From assembly GCA_964106645.2 (NCBI GenBank), contig OZ067042.1: a DNA stretch of 64,000 bases, one strand, 5' to 3'. The notes under the pieces were generated by a model, which did not search any database, was not told the DNA's origin, and worked only from the letters and a program-made list of their open reading frames with translations. Source of the stretch: Podarcis pityusensis. Its lineage: Eukaryota. Both the position numbers and the translations under genes were made by a program. Shown here piece by piece: positions 1 through 11,433 of the stretch; position 1 is the stretch's first letter; the number at the start of each line of letters is the position of its first letter.

Positions 1-916
1 CATGAGAAGCCCTAAGGCAGGATTTGAACCCAACAGCCCTCTCCTCAGATACAATTCCAGCAACTAGCATTGAGAGAGGCATATTCTGTTTCAGAAAGTG
101 GAGGTAGAATGTAGCCATTGTGGTTATTTTTCCAGAATGCAGGTTCATCTACAGTTATATATTTTCAGGATTTTATTAAGTTACCTTCCCTTTGTTTGTG
201 GGAACAGCAGTTCAAAGAGGTGTATTCCAACAAAGGGTTGGGGAACTCACAAAAGTCACCAAACGCAACCCAGAAGAAAACCTACACCTGAATCTTCCCT
301 GGCACATTACTAAATAAGATAGAGGAGTGTAAAAATCAGCTGCTACTGTCCAGTCTCTTGTAACATAACAGAGAAAGGGTTTCTAATGTCACTACAATAC
401 AACAAGGAAAGTTGTGATACTGCCCTAGGAAATCTTGGTAGTTTTTAATTGCTTGGAGAATGTATGGTAGGTTTGCACTCATTAAATGGAATATAATAGT
501 TGCACAAGAATTTCTTCTGGTTGTACAAACAATATTGTACACATGATTTTTAGGTAACTAACTTACTGAATGATTGTACTTAAGATCAAAAGCCCACTGT
601 GTATTTCCATTCTCCCAAGCATGACAAGAGGTGGGCTTTTGTACATATACTCAAGAAATTTAAGTCTTATTGAACAGCCTAGGGACCTTTAGGCTGTAGG
701 GCATCATCCTTCAAGAAACTCAAAGTACCTCTTGATTAAATTATAACACACATGGTTGGAAATGGTCCTGTGCCATTTTCTGCAGAAATGTGTTCTGACA
801 GCTAAAACATAAAACCTGGCACAATTTTAGTGGGGCTTACCCAAATCAGACACCCCAAAGTGCCCTATTTCAGACACCTTTCGTTTAAATCATAAGATGC
901 ATAACTGAAACCAATA

Positions 917-1142
917 CAGTGTTACCTCGGGTTACATATGCTTCAGGTTACAGACTCCGCTAACCCAGAAATAGTACCTCGGGTTAAGAACTTTGCTTCA
1001 GGATGAGAACAGAAATCATGCTCCGGCGGCGCGGCAGCAGCAGGAGGCCCCATTAGCTAAAGTGGTGCTTCAGGTTAAGAACAGTTTCAGGTTAAGAACG
1101 GACCTCCACAACAAATTAAGTACTTAACCTGAGGTACCACTG
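917..1142. mobile_element. Tc1/mariner (Tigger/pogo-like) non-autonomous MITE, copy 1
   Basis: 226 bp; TIRs CAGTG(T/G)TACCTC...GAGGTACCACTG; TA on both sides; near-identical to 48850-49075. Confidence 0.85.
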
Positions 1143-2668
1143 TACTAATTTACATGGAAACTAGGGTTAAAGTTTGGGGGGGGTGTCTTCTCCCCAATCA
1201 GAACCCTTTTTAAATAAAGCCTTTTGTTCACCTCCCAAGGTACATAATATTATGTGAAAATGAATATTCAAACCTAACTCCTGACATGATTTCTGGAGCT
1301 GTTACCCAAACCAGATGCTCACAATGTCACTCCACAACCTACCTACAATATTATCAGTTTATATCATAAGGTTTATATAGGAAGTCATTATCATTTTGTG
1401 TGGCAGTATGGCAGATAAAACAGACAATCTGAAAAGTTAGGGGGCTGCTCTCCCATTACATGTCCTTACAGAGATAGACTGATGGTAGGTACTTTGCTAT
1501 AGCCACACAAACAAATTCTTCAGTTGTGCTGCAGAATGTTTCATACCCTGCAAGAATATTGTGCAGTTCTGAAAAATGTTTATTCGGTTCAATGAATCCA
1601 TGTGGAATGTATCAAGAGAAGCTGCCAGCTCTCTCAAGGCCACATACGGTACGGGCTCTTTGCTCTTTAAGTATTTTTTCAGCATTCAAAATTTCCATGG
1701 CAACTGGTAAGATGTGGTGCATACACTTGCATCTGTTGAAATGTTCCCCTAAGATATATATCCTTTTGGTGATCTTGCAGCCAGAGTGCATGTTCTATGA
1801 ACAAATGGGCAGATTCTTCAACATATTTTCCCCTAACCAGGGGACTGTATCTTATGTGATGCACAGACACCGATGTGAATATTGTAACTGCACCATCCTA
1901 TTAATTGTAGTCATATCAAAGACTTAGTATAATCATAATAAAAGAAGACACAGATAGGATAAAACCCATCACTGCTGTTGCAAGGATTATGATGCCTCCT
2001 ATTACTGAAGGAAACGAGAACGCAAGACTCCTGCTGAGTCAGACCAAAGGCCTATCTAGTCCAATATTTTGTTTCCACAGTGGCCAGTCAAATACCCATG
2101 GGAAGCCTCCAAGCAGGATGTGACCTTTTCCTCATCCCACCTCCTGGGCTTGGCTTTGTAAGATTTCTACTCAGGCATGCATCTTAATGAATAACATGAG
2201 CGTTTATATACGCAGGTGGAAACATTGTTAGACTCTTATCTATTAAATACAACCGTAGAAATTGCCCTGATGCTTAGAAAGAACGTGGGTGGCACTTTCT
2301 GATGGATTTAATTTGATAGCATTTTCAGCTGCCGTATTTTGATCTTGCAAAAGCTAAATGCCTCACTCTCCTCCAGCGCCACAGGAGAGCAGTCCACAGC
2401 AAGACTCTTTCATTAACTGTTGGTAGAGAAATTCACAGCAGACTAGCATGGAAGAAACGATGGCAGGGAAGGCAGGTCTGCAGTAGGAAACCCTTTCCTT
2501 GATTTATATGAATAGTGACGTTTAGATTAATGCTATCACCCTGACACACTAGGATGTTCTTTAATGCAATGCTTGAGTGCAAAACAATGAAAAACAGTGG
2601 GGAATTCCACTATCGGTGGAGAGTGTTAACTGGCAGAGGCAGAAGTGGACACAGCTTGCTTAGCTTAC

Positions 2669-2800
2669 CTTCTTGCAGCAGACAAGCTGATGATCAAAGA
2701 GGAAGAACATTCTTTGATGGCTCTTTGCTTGAGGCTGGGAAATTTTGGTTAATTCCCCAGAGTAGATAAGTTCAGAACTCTTCACAAGGACATCTTCACC
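2669..2800 (-). CDS. ARHGEF4: ARHGEF4 PH-domain first exon: [44 protein letters not shown]
   Basis: Acceptor gtgacag|GGT; donor AAG|gtaagc. 132 nt. PH motif [10 protein letters not shown]. Confidence 0.94.
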
Positions 2801-3389
2801 CTGTCACTCACAACACAAGAGACATGTCATTTTCTTTCTCAAAAGAAGCTGACGAGTAATATATAGCAGCCTATTGTGGAGATACTCTGGGGCCAAACAG
2901 GATGGTGTTGGTTTTTTTTTTAAATAACCAGCTTCCTAGCCTTGCACTCCCAGATATTTCCCTATTAAAGCTCAAAACACACACATAAAAGTGGTCAGTG
3001 CCAGTAGGCCAAACGCAAGAAAGTTAGGTGTTCTTTTTTTTTTTTACTTTTTCAAATTATTTTTATTAATTTCCCAAATTATTACAAATCAAACCAAATT
3101 CATTTAATTTAATACAAACATATGACCACCATCATTTCCTCACATAGCTGCATCATTATTCAGCTGCATCTTATTTAGAGTCCAGTTGACATCCTTCACT
3201 TGCTGTTAAACCATTCTTCCAGCTGACCTTTTTTTTCATCTTACAAGCAGCACCTCTGTTACATCTTGTAAATAAACAATCTATTTCACGGTGTGGTCCT
3301 TCAAATACATTGTTGTTGGCAGACATGGCTTGTGCGGCACAGTGGGATGCAGTGAGCTCCCCAGAACCCACTGGGGAATGTTGCCAGGT

Positions 3390-3626
3390 TTTTTGCCTCA
3401 TAAATCTTGGTTTTCCCCTGCCTGAACCTCCTCACTGCCCATGGAGGGAAGCGAGGAGCAAGCACCATTGACTCCTGATGTGACCGGAAACCTCAAAAAT
3501 TAAACATCACGCTTAACTTTTGAGGTTTCCAGTCACATCGCGAGCCAATGGTGCTTGCTCCTTGCTACCCTCCATGGGCAGCGAGGCGGTTCAGGCAGGG
3601 GAAAACCAAGATTTATGAGGCAAAAA
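3390..3626. repeat. Long inverted repeat (foldback): two 114-bp arms with a 9-nt loop
   Basis: Arm 3390-3503 is the reverse complement of 3513-3626, with 9 mismatches counted by hand. Confidence 0.92.
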
Positions 3627-4677
3627 TCGTAAGCCTATTGGTATTCATGCTTTAAAATGCATTTCATTCTGTGTTGGATTGTGGCTGAAGTGTGGCTGAC
3701 CTAAGAGAAGATGGCCTCTTTGACATCCACCATTTGCTTGTGGACCTAAATAAGAGGTAGGCAAACATTTATCCAGAGGGCCACATTCATTCATTCATGA
3801 AAAACTTTCTGAGGGCCACATGCAAGTGGTAGGTGGGGCCGGAGACAAGAGTGAGCAGAGCAATAAAAGTCACTCTTCTTTAAAGTTTTCTACATTCCAG
3901 GCATGCAGAAGTCAGATTTCTATCCATCCTTCATCATGGAATCAAGTGGTCTTTATCACAGTTTGAGGACACTTTTCACCCAAGCAAAAGCCCTCCAGAA
4001 AGGCATGGACCAGGACTAGTGAGGGTGTGTGACCTAGGGTCAGAGAAAGAGAGAACCAAAGAGCCACATTCGGCCATTGAGGTTCTTCACTCCTGATCTG
4101 CAGAACAGTATTAACAGGAACAAAGACTATTTTCACCAAGTACATTTCAAAAGAAATCTGCATTGGCTCTTTACTCTCAACACATTTTGAAGTATGCACC
4201 ATTTCACGAGAAAGTTTTTGCACCGTGACCTTAATTGACTATAATGGAACTTATTCCTGGTAAGAGAGCCCAAGTTTGCAACTTAAGAGTTTTGTTGACA
4301 GTGAATATCAAGTCCCACCAATCTAAGAATGCTTGCAAACAGTTTGGCTAATAAAAATGTTTATTCTAACTTCCATAATTTGCAAGTGTGAGAAATTAAA
4401 TCTAGGAAGATATTAAAATTCATCTGGCTAGCTTATGACTTGATCTGATAATCCACTGCTCTGGAACAAGAGCTAATGGGATCAATAAAAGGGACCGGTG
4501 GATGTGTTGCACGAGGACGCCTTCATGGCACATGGGGATCTGAAGCCTTGACCAAGTCAAGGTAAATGGGCAAGATACACAGGAGGCAGATTCTCAGTGC
4601 AGCCTTGTGGTTTTTGTGCATCTTTGTAATAAAGAATAATCTTCCCCAGTGGAGAAGCCGTAAGAAAATTTCTTTAC

Positions 4678-4807
4678 CTCCCAGTCCTCTATTGAACTTT
4701 GCCACTGAGCAATTTTGTCTATGTTTTCCAAACGCCTCTTCCTCTCGTTGATGAGTCGTGCTACGTTCTTCATGGCATTCAAAGCGGCTTCGACGTCCTT
4801 AAAATCC
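4678..4807 (-). CDS. ARHGEF4: ARHGEF4 DH-end exon: (R)[43 protein letters not shown]
   Basis: Acceptor cctag|G GAT; donor GAG|gtaaag. 130 nt; completes the split Arg codon. Confidence 0.95.
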
Positions 4808-5573
4808 CTAGGTTTTAAATGGATTCCATTAGAGATGTCAACACAAAGCAGCCACAATGCAAAAGGAATGGCCCTCTCCCCCAAAGCATAAGAAACTAGC
4901 AAGCAAATTGTGGGGTTAAAGAAAAAAGAACAGCCAGGAGCTCTACCCCTGACTTGAAGTACATCTGATGTAATTGCTCGAGCTTTAATAGTTTCCCTAT
5001 CTGCGGTGCGGAGATAATATAGAAGAGTTACAACTTGTGACTTGGTTTGCTGATGCCTGCGAAACACTTCAGCAGTATAAATAACTGTGAAGCTAGCAAC
5101 TGCTGTGATTGCACTCCCGTGCTTCTCTGTACAGGACCTGGAGTGGTGTCCACTTGGAATTCTCCCCCCTCACATTATACGCCACACAACATACATCGCT
5201 GCCCTTTCTTGTACTTTACTTGCTGTTCAGGGCACCAGCAGTAGGAATTACAGGGACATCCTCAGTATCTGGAGGAAGCAGCTTCCATAACCAGCATCAG
5301 AACTGCTTAAGCTTTGCTGCATCAGCAAAACCGCCATCCCCTGGATGGGCATTAGCTGCAGAAACTTTGACCGTTTGCACGTTCCAGAGAAAAAGCCTAT
5401 TTGATCACTGGAAGGTCACAAAAACAAAATGGGACCTAGACACAACCATAAAGAAAGGCCTGCTCATGTTACTACCAACTAATTTTTACAAGTATCAAAA
5501 GAAGGAACAAACTAAGACGGCTGCATCTGAGACAGGATATGTATCCTCCCTGCCCCTTTGTAATCCTCCGTAC

Positions 5574-5806
5574 CTGTGTTGTGGGTTGGTATATTTCAGC
5601 AGTTCTGCAAGCTGCAGGGGGTACTTGCAAATTTTCTGCACGGGAGTCAGGAGGAAGCCATCCAGAGAGATGTCGATCATCTTCTGAAGCAGGCGACATG
5701 CTTCGAAGAAATAAACATACTTGCTCACTTTGGTGAGTCGGGAAAGCTCCATGCAGGCATTGGGGTGGTTATTGCAGTACTCAGAATAGATCTGGAACTC
5801 GTTTTG
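5574..5806 (-). CDS. ARHGEF4: ARHGEF4 DH exon: [24 protein letters not shown]...[30 protein letters not shown](R)
   Basis: Acceptor tttag|CAA; donor CAC AG|gtacgg. 233 nt, phase 2 out. DH motif [16 protein letters not shown]. Confidence 0.95.
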
Positions 5807-6053
5807 CTAAATTGGAAGCAAAAATATATATTATTACTACTACTAATACTACCAGTGGTAGTACATTTATTATTTTAACTGTTTGTTTATCTTTCATGGG
5901 TGTTATACAGAACAATCAAATTCAATAAATTCTCCCCCCATCCTCCCATGGAAGAACAGATTCATACAAGAGAAACAGAAAAAAACTGTAGTTTGAAAGA
6001 GGAGGTGGGGCTCGCTGACCTGGGAAGGTAGCCAATTTAGGAGAAGAAAAACT

Positions 6054-6406
6054 TTGATCCTAAACCTCCGCTGCCTTGTGGAGTATCTTCAGGAGAAGAA
6101 AAGGCGAAGGCTTAAGCCCTACACAAATCTAGAAAGGAGTCCCCAAGATAGTTGGGTGGTGCCTTGTACCCCTCCTTCCGGCAACTCCTGCAGCCCAGCT
6201 GGGGCCAAATGGATTGCTCTGCTTTGCTTTGGACAACATTAGCGAGGCCGAGAAGGGGGTCTTTGTCGCCTGGGTAGCCCAGGACCTCCATACGTATGAC
6301 AAGGCTTATACCCCAGGGAGGTCACTTAGGTGCTGCAAATGCTGCCGTTTGACTTCACCCCCGGAGGCACACTCCATTGTCTCTCAAGACAAATGGATGC
6401 CAACAA
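6054..6406 (+). mobile_element. Interspersed repeat, probably a non-LTR retroelement/SINE 3' part; family not identified
   Basis: Its 3' tail gtttgacttcacccccggaggcacactccattgtctctcaagacaaatggatgcca recurs at ~34664-34716 (+) and ~48608-48668 (-). Confidence 0.55.
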
Positions 6407-7198
6407 ATAGTTTGAAAGTCAGCCTACCAAGGGATGGTAGAGAGAAGTCCATGATTTGCTGTGAATTGCAGGTAGTCGGCAGGCATGCTCTTTTGTATAT
6501 GCGTATGCAATAAGGTCAAAGAGACACTTATTGGAAAGTGTCTCTTTCTTTATTCTTCATTCACCTAGTTTTTCAGTGATTTCATCCATTAGTGCCACAT
6601 CCCAGATCTGATTCAGTCACATTTCATATAAGTCAACATTTATACTATTACATTTCTGATCTATAAAAATATAGCTTTTTACTTGAAAAAACAATGACAG
6701 AAAGGATCCCTGCTTCAAAGATCACAAACAGAACAGGTGAAGGAAGGAAGAACACGGGGAACAAGATGTTCTTTTAAAAGCACAAAAAAAAGAGGAGGGA
6801 GGCAATAACTAAATGGAAGTGAAATATCCAGAGGCTGGCTATAGGCAGAAGAGGCACATGAAACAGAACAAAAGAAGCCCTGTAGTGAGATTAAATTGTG
6901 GAAAAAGGGATCAGTTTAAAAAGAGAGAGATAAGAGATAAAGTCAAAATTAGATCTGCCAGGGACAACTAAGCACTGATCCGGTTGTCCAACTAAGGTAG
7001 TAACAACTATTGTTCTAAGGGTGGTGTAGCAATTTTATAAACAAAACATGTCCAAGTAAACTCTAATCCTAGACCCTCTTCCCTCCCTCAACTCCCTCCC
7101 TTTCCCAAGCCTAATGTTCAAATGTAATCACCATCTCTGTAGTCACAACAACAGGAATAATGTCAATACTTTCCCACATAATTCAGCTGTCAACTTAC

Positions 7199-7378
7199 AT
7201 ATTCTAAGAAGCAGCAGCCCACCTCACTGAGGTGTGGGTAATCTTTGTTGAATTTCTTCTCCAGTGCTTTAACAAATTTTTTCTGGCACTTGTAGATGTC
7301 TTCAATATTCCCAAAGATTGTCTTCAGCTGCTCCTCTGTGAACATGTCTGCTCTTTTACGGCATTGTTTTATATAGCC
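7199..7378 (-). CDS. ARHGEF4: ARHGEF4 DH exon: [60 protein letters not shown]
   Basis: Translated by hand; absent from the ORF track. Acceptor tttacag|GGC; donor TAT|gtaagt. 180 nt. DH motif IFGNIEDIY. Confidence 0.95.
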
Positions 7379-8253
7379 CTGTAAACAAGTACTGTTTTAT
7401 GATTCAGGTTTCTTGGGAAACAAAACCAAAGAGAACTGCAGCCCAACTCATCCTTGCCAATACGTTTAACAGCTTGATGGAGCAATCTGATGGTGCTAAA
7501 GCGCCTCAGAGATTATGGACCTGCCATGAAAATGATGATTACTGCAGAAACAAAAATACTTCTGATGTCTGTATGCAATATTCAGGCAACCAGTGCAAAG
7601 GATAATGCCTCTACGTTGAAACGCAGCACTAGAGGCAGACATTGCAGAATTCTCCAGTGAAGTAAAGCTAAGCTGCTTCTGGGGTGACATGCAGAAGAAA
7701 CACTCTACAATTTTTAGGAACTCAGAAAGATGTACAAAAATGCTCCATTTGCATTTTATGATTTTCCTAGAAGCTGCTAAAACTTAATGTCTTGTGACAC
7801 CCAAGTCAAAAGGCAAATGTGTGCATTTTAGTGACACTTCACTTTCTCCTCTGTGACCAAAGGTTATGCTGGACAATATGGTCTAATGTTGTAAGTGGAA
7901 AAATATATGATTCAATAGTAGAATAAAAGACTACAGTTGTTAGGAATTCTATATGGACCTTTTGAAGGAACTTGCTGCTCGAGTCTGATCAAAACCATTT
8001 CCACTGAAGTAGATCACCTTCCTAAGGCTGGTGCTATACAGATGTTGGACTCAACTCTCATCACCACGTCCAATGTCTAGGGATGGAGGGAGTTGTCATC
8101 CAACAACATCTAGAGGACACCACGTTTAGAGCAACCATGTCGTGTTTAACTCGATGAAATCAAGGTTTTCACGGAACCCCCAAAGAGTTCCATATTTCAA
8201 ACATATTTCTAAAATTTAGCTTCTGAACTTCTTTTATCTGTGTGACTTGTTAC

Positions 8254-8448
8254 CTCACATATGTCCTTCAGGTGCTTGATGTAATCTCTTTCTGTGCTTA
8301 GGATTTCATTGATAACATTGGTTCTCATTTGGTCCTTAGTTGTTTGCCCCACTCCATAACGGTGGGCAGCATTTCTTGAGTCTTCCTCCCTGCCATCTTC
8401 TAACTTCAAAGGATAGTCTTCCATCGGTTCATCCTGGTTCACTCGCAG
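8254..8448 (-). CDS. ARHGEF4: ARHGEF4 exon, SH3-DH linker and DH start: LRVNQDEP...[28 protein letters not shown]
   Basis: Acceptor aaacag|CTG; donor GAG|gtaaca. 195 nt. First conserved DH motif [13 protein letters not shown]. Confidence 0.95.
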
Positions 8449-9058
8449 CTGTTTCAAAACAGGAATATTCCCATCATATAGAAGCAAAGGCAGGACAACA
8501 ACTTATTGCTTAGGACAAAATATGGGAGAAGAACATTCTGGAAGGCGGAGCTTACTGCAAGTGTTCCAACTAGTTTGTGACTACTAGACTTGGAATATGA
8601 ATCTGGCCGTAAATTCTGTTCCATCTCCCAAGGCTACTTACAGAACAACTATTTAAGATACAGGTTCAATAATAATAAAACATAAAAATACAATTCCCAC
8701 AAAAAATCCACAACCAAGCACCCAAAAGCGAATTCAGCAGCAAACAGTGGGTTTTCCTGGGGAAAGCAGTGGGACAAAAGAAAAACCTCTTGGACCTGTG
8801 CCTAGAAAGTATAGGACAAGCAGAAGAAAACATGGGACAAATGGAAGGGTGGAGGAGCTCAAATTTAAGGTAGCAAAAAATTCCCATCTGTCCACATACC
8901 CAGTGGCTGCTACTGATCACTAAATCATATTAAAAATGTGTCAACTGCTAGAAGTTACTGAAGCTACAGGAAAAGTGCTTCTCTTCTCAAAATGCCCCCT
9001 TTCTTGAAAGAGTTTGCTGTTAATGAATGAATTTTTTAAAACAGTGAATAGTTCTTAC

Positions 9059-9238
9059 CCGTACGAAGCTGGCTGGGAACCAGCCCTCGCTGTCCATTAT
9101 TCTGCCCCACCACCATTCTTTGTTAGTTGCATCCATTACTTCAATGACATCACCAGCCTTGAAGCCCAGCTCTTGGTCATCCATGGTGACATGATCCCAG
9201 AGTGCTTCGGCGTAGACCACACCACCATCACTGATGAG
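9059..9238 (-). CDS. ARHGEF4: ARHGEF4 SH3-domain exon: [60 protein letters not shown]
   Basis: Acceptor ttccag|CTC; donor CGG|gtaaga. 180 nt. SH3 signatures ALWD, WWWG and GWFPASFV. Confidence 0.96.
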
Positions 9239-9356
9239 CTGGAACAGAGAAAGTAAGTATTTTCACAAACTGATCTTTGGTAGGAGATGCTCAGCTCTTG
9301 TCATCCAAGAGGAAAAGGGTGTTGGTTGAGTGCAGTTAAAAGTCCAAGACTCTGGA

Positions 9357-9498
9357 GTAGCTCAGTTGGTAAAGCATGAGGCTCTTAATCTCAGAGTTGT
9401 GGGTTCAAACACCATTTTGAGAAAAGAGTCCTGCATTGAAGGGTTGGACTAAATGACCCTCATGGTCCCTTCCAACTCTATGGCTATAATTCTATGAC
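9357..9498 (+). mobile_element. tRNA-Lys-derived SINE with a CR1-type 3' tail
   Basis: Head gtagctcagttggtaaagcatgaggctcttaatctc...gggttcaaac (A box, CTT anticodon loop, B box). Tail ggttggactaaatgaccctcatggtcccttccaactcta...ttctatga is the CR1 terminus. Confidence 0.75.
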
Positions 9499-9668
9499 TG
9501 TGATATTCTGAGATTTGACCTGGGAATCTGGGTATGTAGTGTATAGCTACAGTCACAGACTATGCTCTTAGTGCCCTAGGATCTGTATAAATAGCTGAAG
9601 CAGATGGCCTAGAATCAATCCAGGTGTTTTAGCATATAATTGATAAGATGGAGGGGTTATGCTCATAA

Positions 9669-9683
9669 GTGTGTGCACATGCA

Positions 9684-9724
<41 letters not shown>
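9669..9724. repeat. Compound (GT)/(GC)n/(CA)n microsatellite
   Basis: Read directly; 56 bp of uninterrupted purine-pyrimidine alternation. Confidence 0.95.
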
Positions 9725-9726
<2 letters not shown>

Positions 9727-10088
9727 CATCAAACACAACTACGTTAACCTGACAGCCTCATTTATTTCTACTATTGAGCTTGTGCTACAGAAGGACTTGG
9801 TGTGCCATAGCTTTATGTAAAAATCTGGGTGGTATATTATTATTTTAAGATTGCATTTCTTCTCTCCTGCATCAGGAGTCATCTGGAGAGAGTTTGCATG
9901 CATCATCAATATGCAAGAAATACATTTTGGATTTCAAAGTTATTCTGTGTGACAAGGTGCCCATCAGTAATGACCAAGCCCTCCTTTCATGTTCCATTTA
10001 TCTTTACAAATAACTATTTAGCTTAATCTGTCTGGTTGATTTTTCTTCCCTAAATGTACTTATTAACTAATATAACACCACAGATTTA

Positions 10089-10090
<2 letters not shown>

Positions 10091-10125
<35 letters not shown>
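10091..10125. repeat. (CT)n microsatellite
   Basis: Read directly. Confidence 0.95.
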
Positions 10126-10129
<4 letters not shown>

Positions 10130-10224
10130 TTCCCATCTGTTGGACTCAAAGGCTACCAGTAGTTGCAGTTAAATGCCTCTTTTCCATGACAGAGCTTTTT
10201 CACTTGTTGCAGAGCAAATCCTAT

Positions 10225-10499
10225 CAGGGCCCACCTGCCCACGAGGTGAGATGAGACAGTGGCCTCAAGGTGGCAGGCTCTGGACAGCTGCAAGGGGTGG
10301 CAGATCTGCCTCCTGTACTTGTGGGCCACCTCTTATTCCGCCATACACCCACTGCTGCATGCCCCTCTGCCATGTACCCACCACCAGGTGGCAGCAGGAT
10401 GGCAGTGGGTACGTGGCTGCTGGCAGGCAGAGGAGGAGGAGGAGGCAGGGGTGGCCTTTTCTGTTTTACCCCACCCAAAAGCTTCCTGGGCTGGCCCTG
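10225..10499. mobile_element. hAT-type MITE
   Basis: TIRs CAGGGCC...GGCCCTG; exact 8-bp TSD AATCCTAT (10217-10224 and 10500-10507). Confidence 0.8.
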
Positions 10500-11192
10500 A
10501 ATCCTATGCATGATTACTCAGAAATAAGTGCCACTATGTCCTAAGACTGCAGTTTTAAGCATACCTCTCTGAGAATTAGGACCCTGGAACACCTTCTGAG
10601 TAAACTAAACACACATAAGAGTTAAGGCTATTAATTTTGTTCCATAATACAATATTGCGATATGGTTAAATATTATGGCAAAGAGCACCATAAAACGTTA
10701 TGACCAGCATGATGAGGAGCATTCTTCTACACAAGCAGGCAGGTAATTTCATTCTGCATGGGAGTCATGTTAACTTTTAAATGTGGATAAGCTTTTTGCC
10801 AAGCATGAGGTTGGGGTTCGCAATTATCTAGTGAAGCTGATGGTGTCATTTGCTCTGCTTCATTCTCATGCTTCACTTAGCAAGGGTAATAGAAATGTGC
10901 TGCAGAAAGACTGCTTTGCGTTGCAATCATATTGCTATGCAGTGAGCTAATTATATCTTTGCGAACCAAACTTGAGCTTCATCAAACACAAATGAAGCTA
11001 AGAAAACACACACAAACACATATTTTAAAGCAGAGGCAACAGATGGAGATAAACTATATATAAGGTTACACTCATTTCACTGCCTCTTATGAATACTTCA
11101 TAAAACGTACTTTACAAACTATGAGCCACTCGGAGGACTTTTGTTGAATGGGGAATATATAAAGGTATAAAATAAAGCAAAGTGATTCAGCA

Positions 11193-11433
11193 TGATGGGG
11201 GACACCTGGCATACTAGCAGTACATGTGAAAAGGATCCAGGGGTCTTGGTGGACCACAAGCTTAACACGAGTCAACAGTGTGATGCAGCAGCAAAAAAAG
11301 ATCTAATGCTATTCTAGGCTGCATCAACAGAAGTATAGCGTCCAGATGAAGGGAAGTAATAGTACCATTCTATTCTGCCTTGGTCAGACCACACCTGGAA
11401 TACTGTGTCCAGTTCTGGGCACCACAATTTAAG
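11193..11433 (+). mobile_element. CR1 LINE ORF2 fragment
   Basis: Encodes [18 protein letters not shown], a hallmark CR1 ORF2 C-terminal motif; disrupted upstream. Confidence 0.88.

Noticed and set aside
1-2668. Searched for the next PH exon (DLLRRD..YYKG-like); noted ORF 1497-1685
   Set aside because: No matching sequence found, so the exon presumably lies beyond the window start. The ORF has no recognisable homology.
4594-5752. Long ORFs 4594-5067 (-), 5109-5687 (+) and 5495-5752 (-) as standalone genes
   Set aside because: They are exon frames running into introns, or antisense frames of ARHGEF4 exons.
9357-9425. tRNA-Lys gene
   Set aside because: The acceptor stem is degenerate and it continues directly into a CR1 tail, so it is a SINE head.
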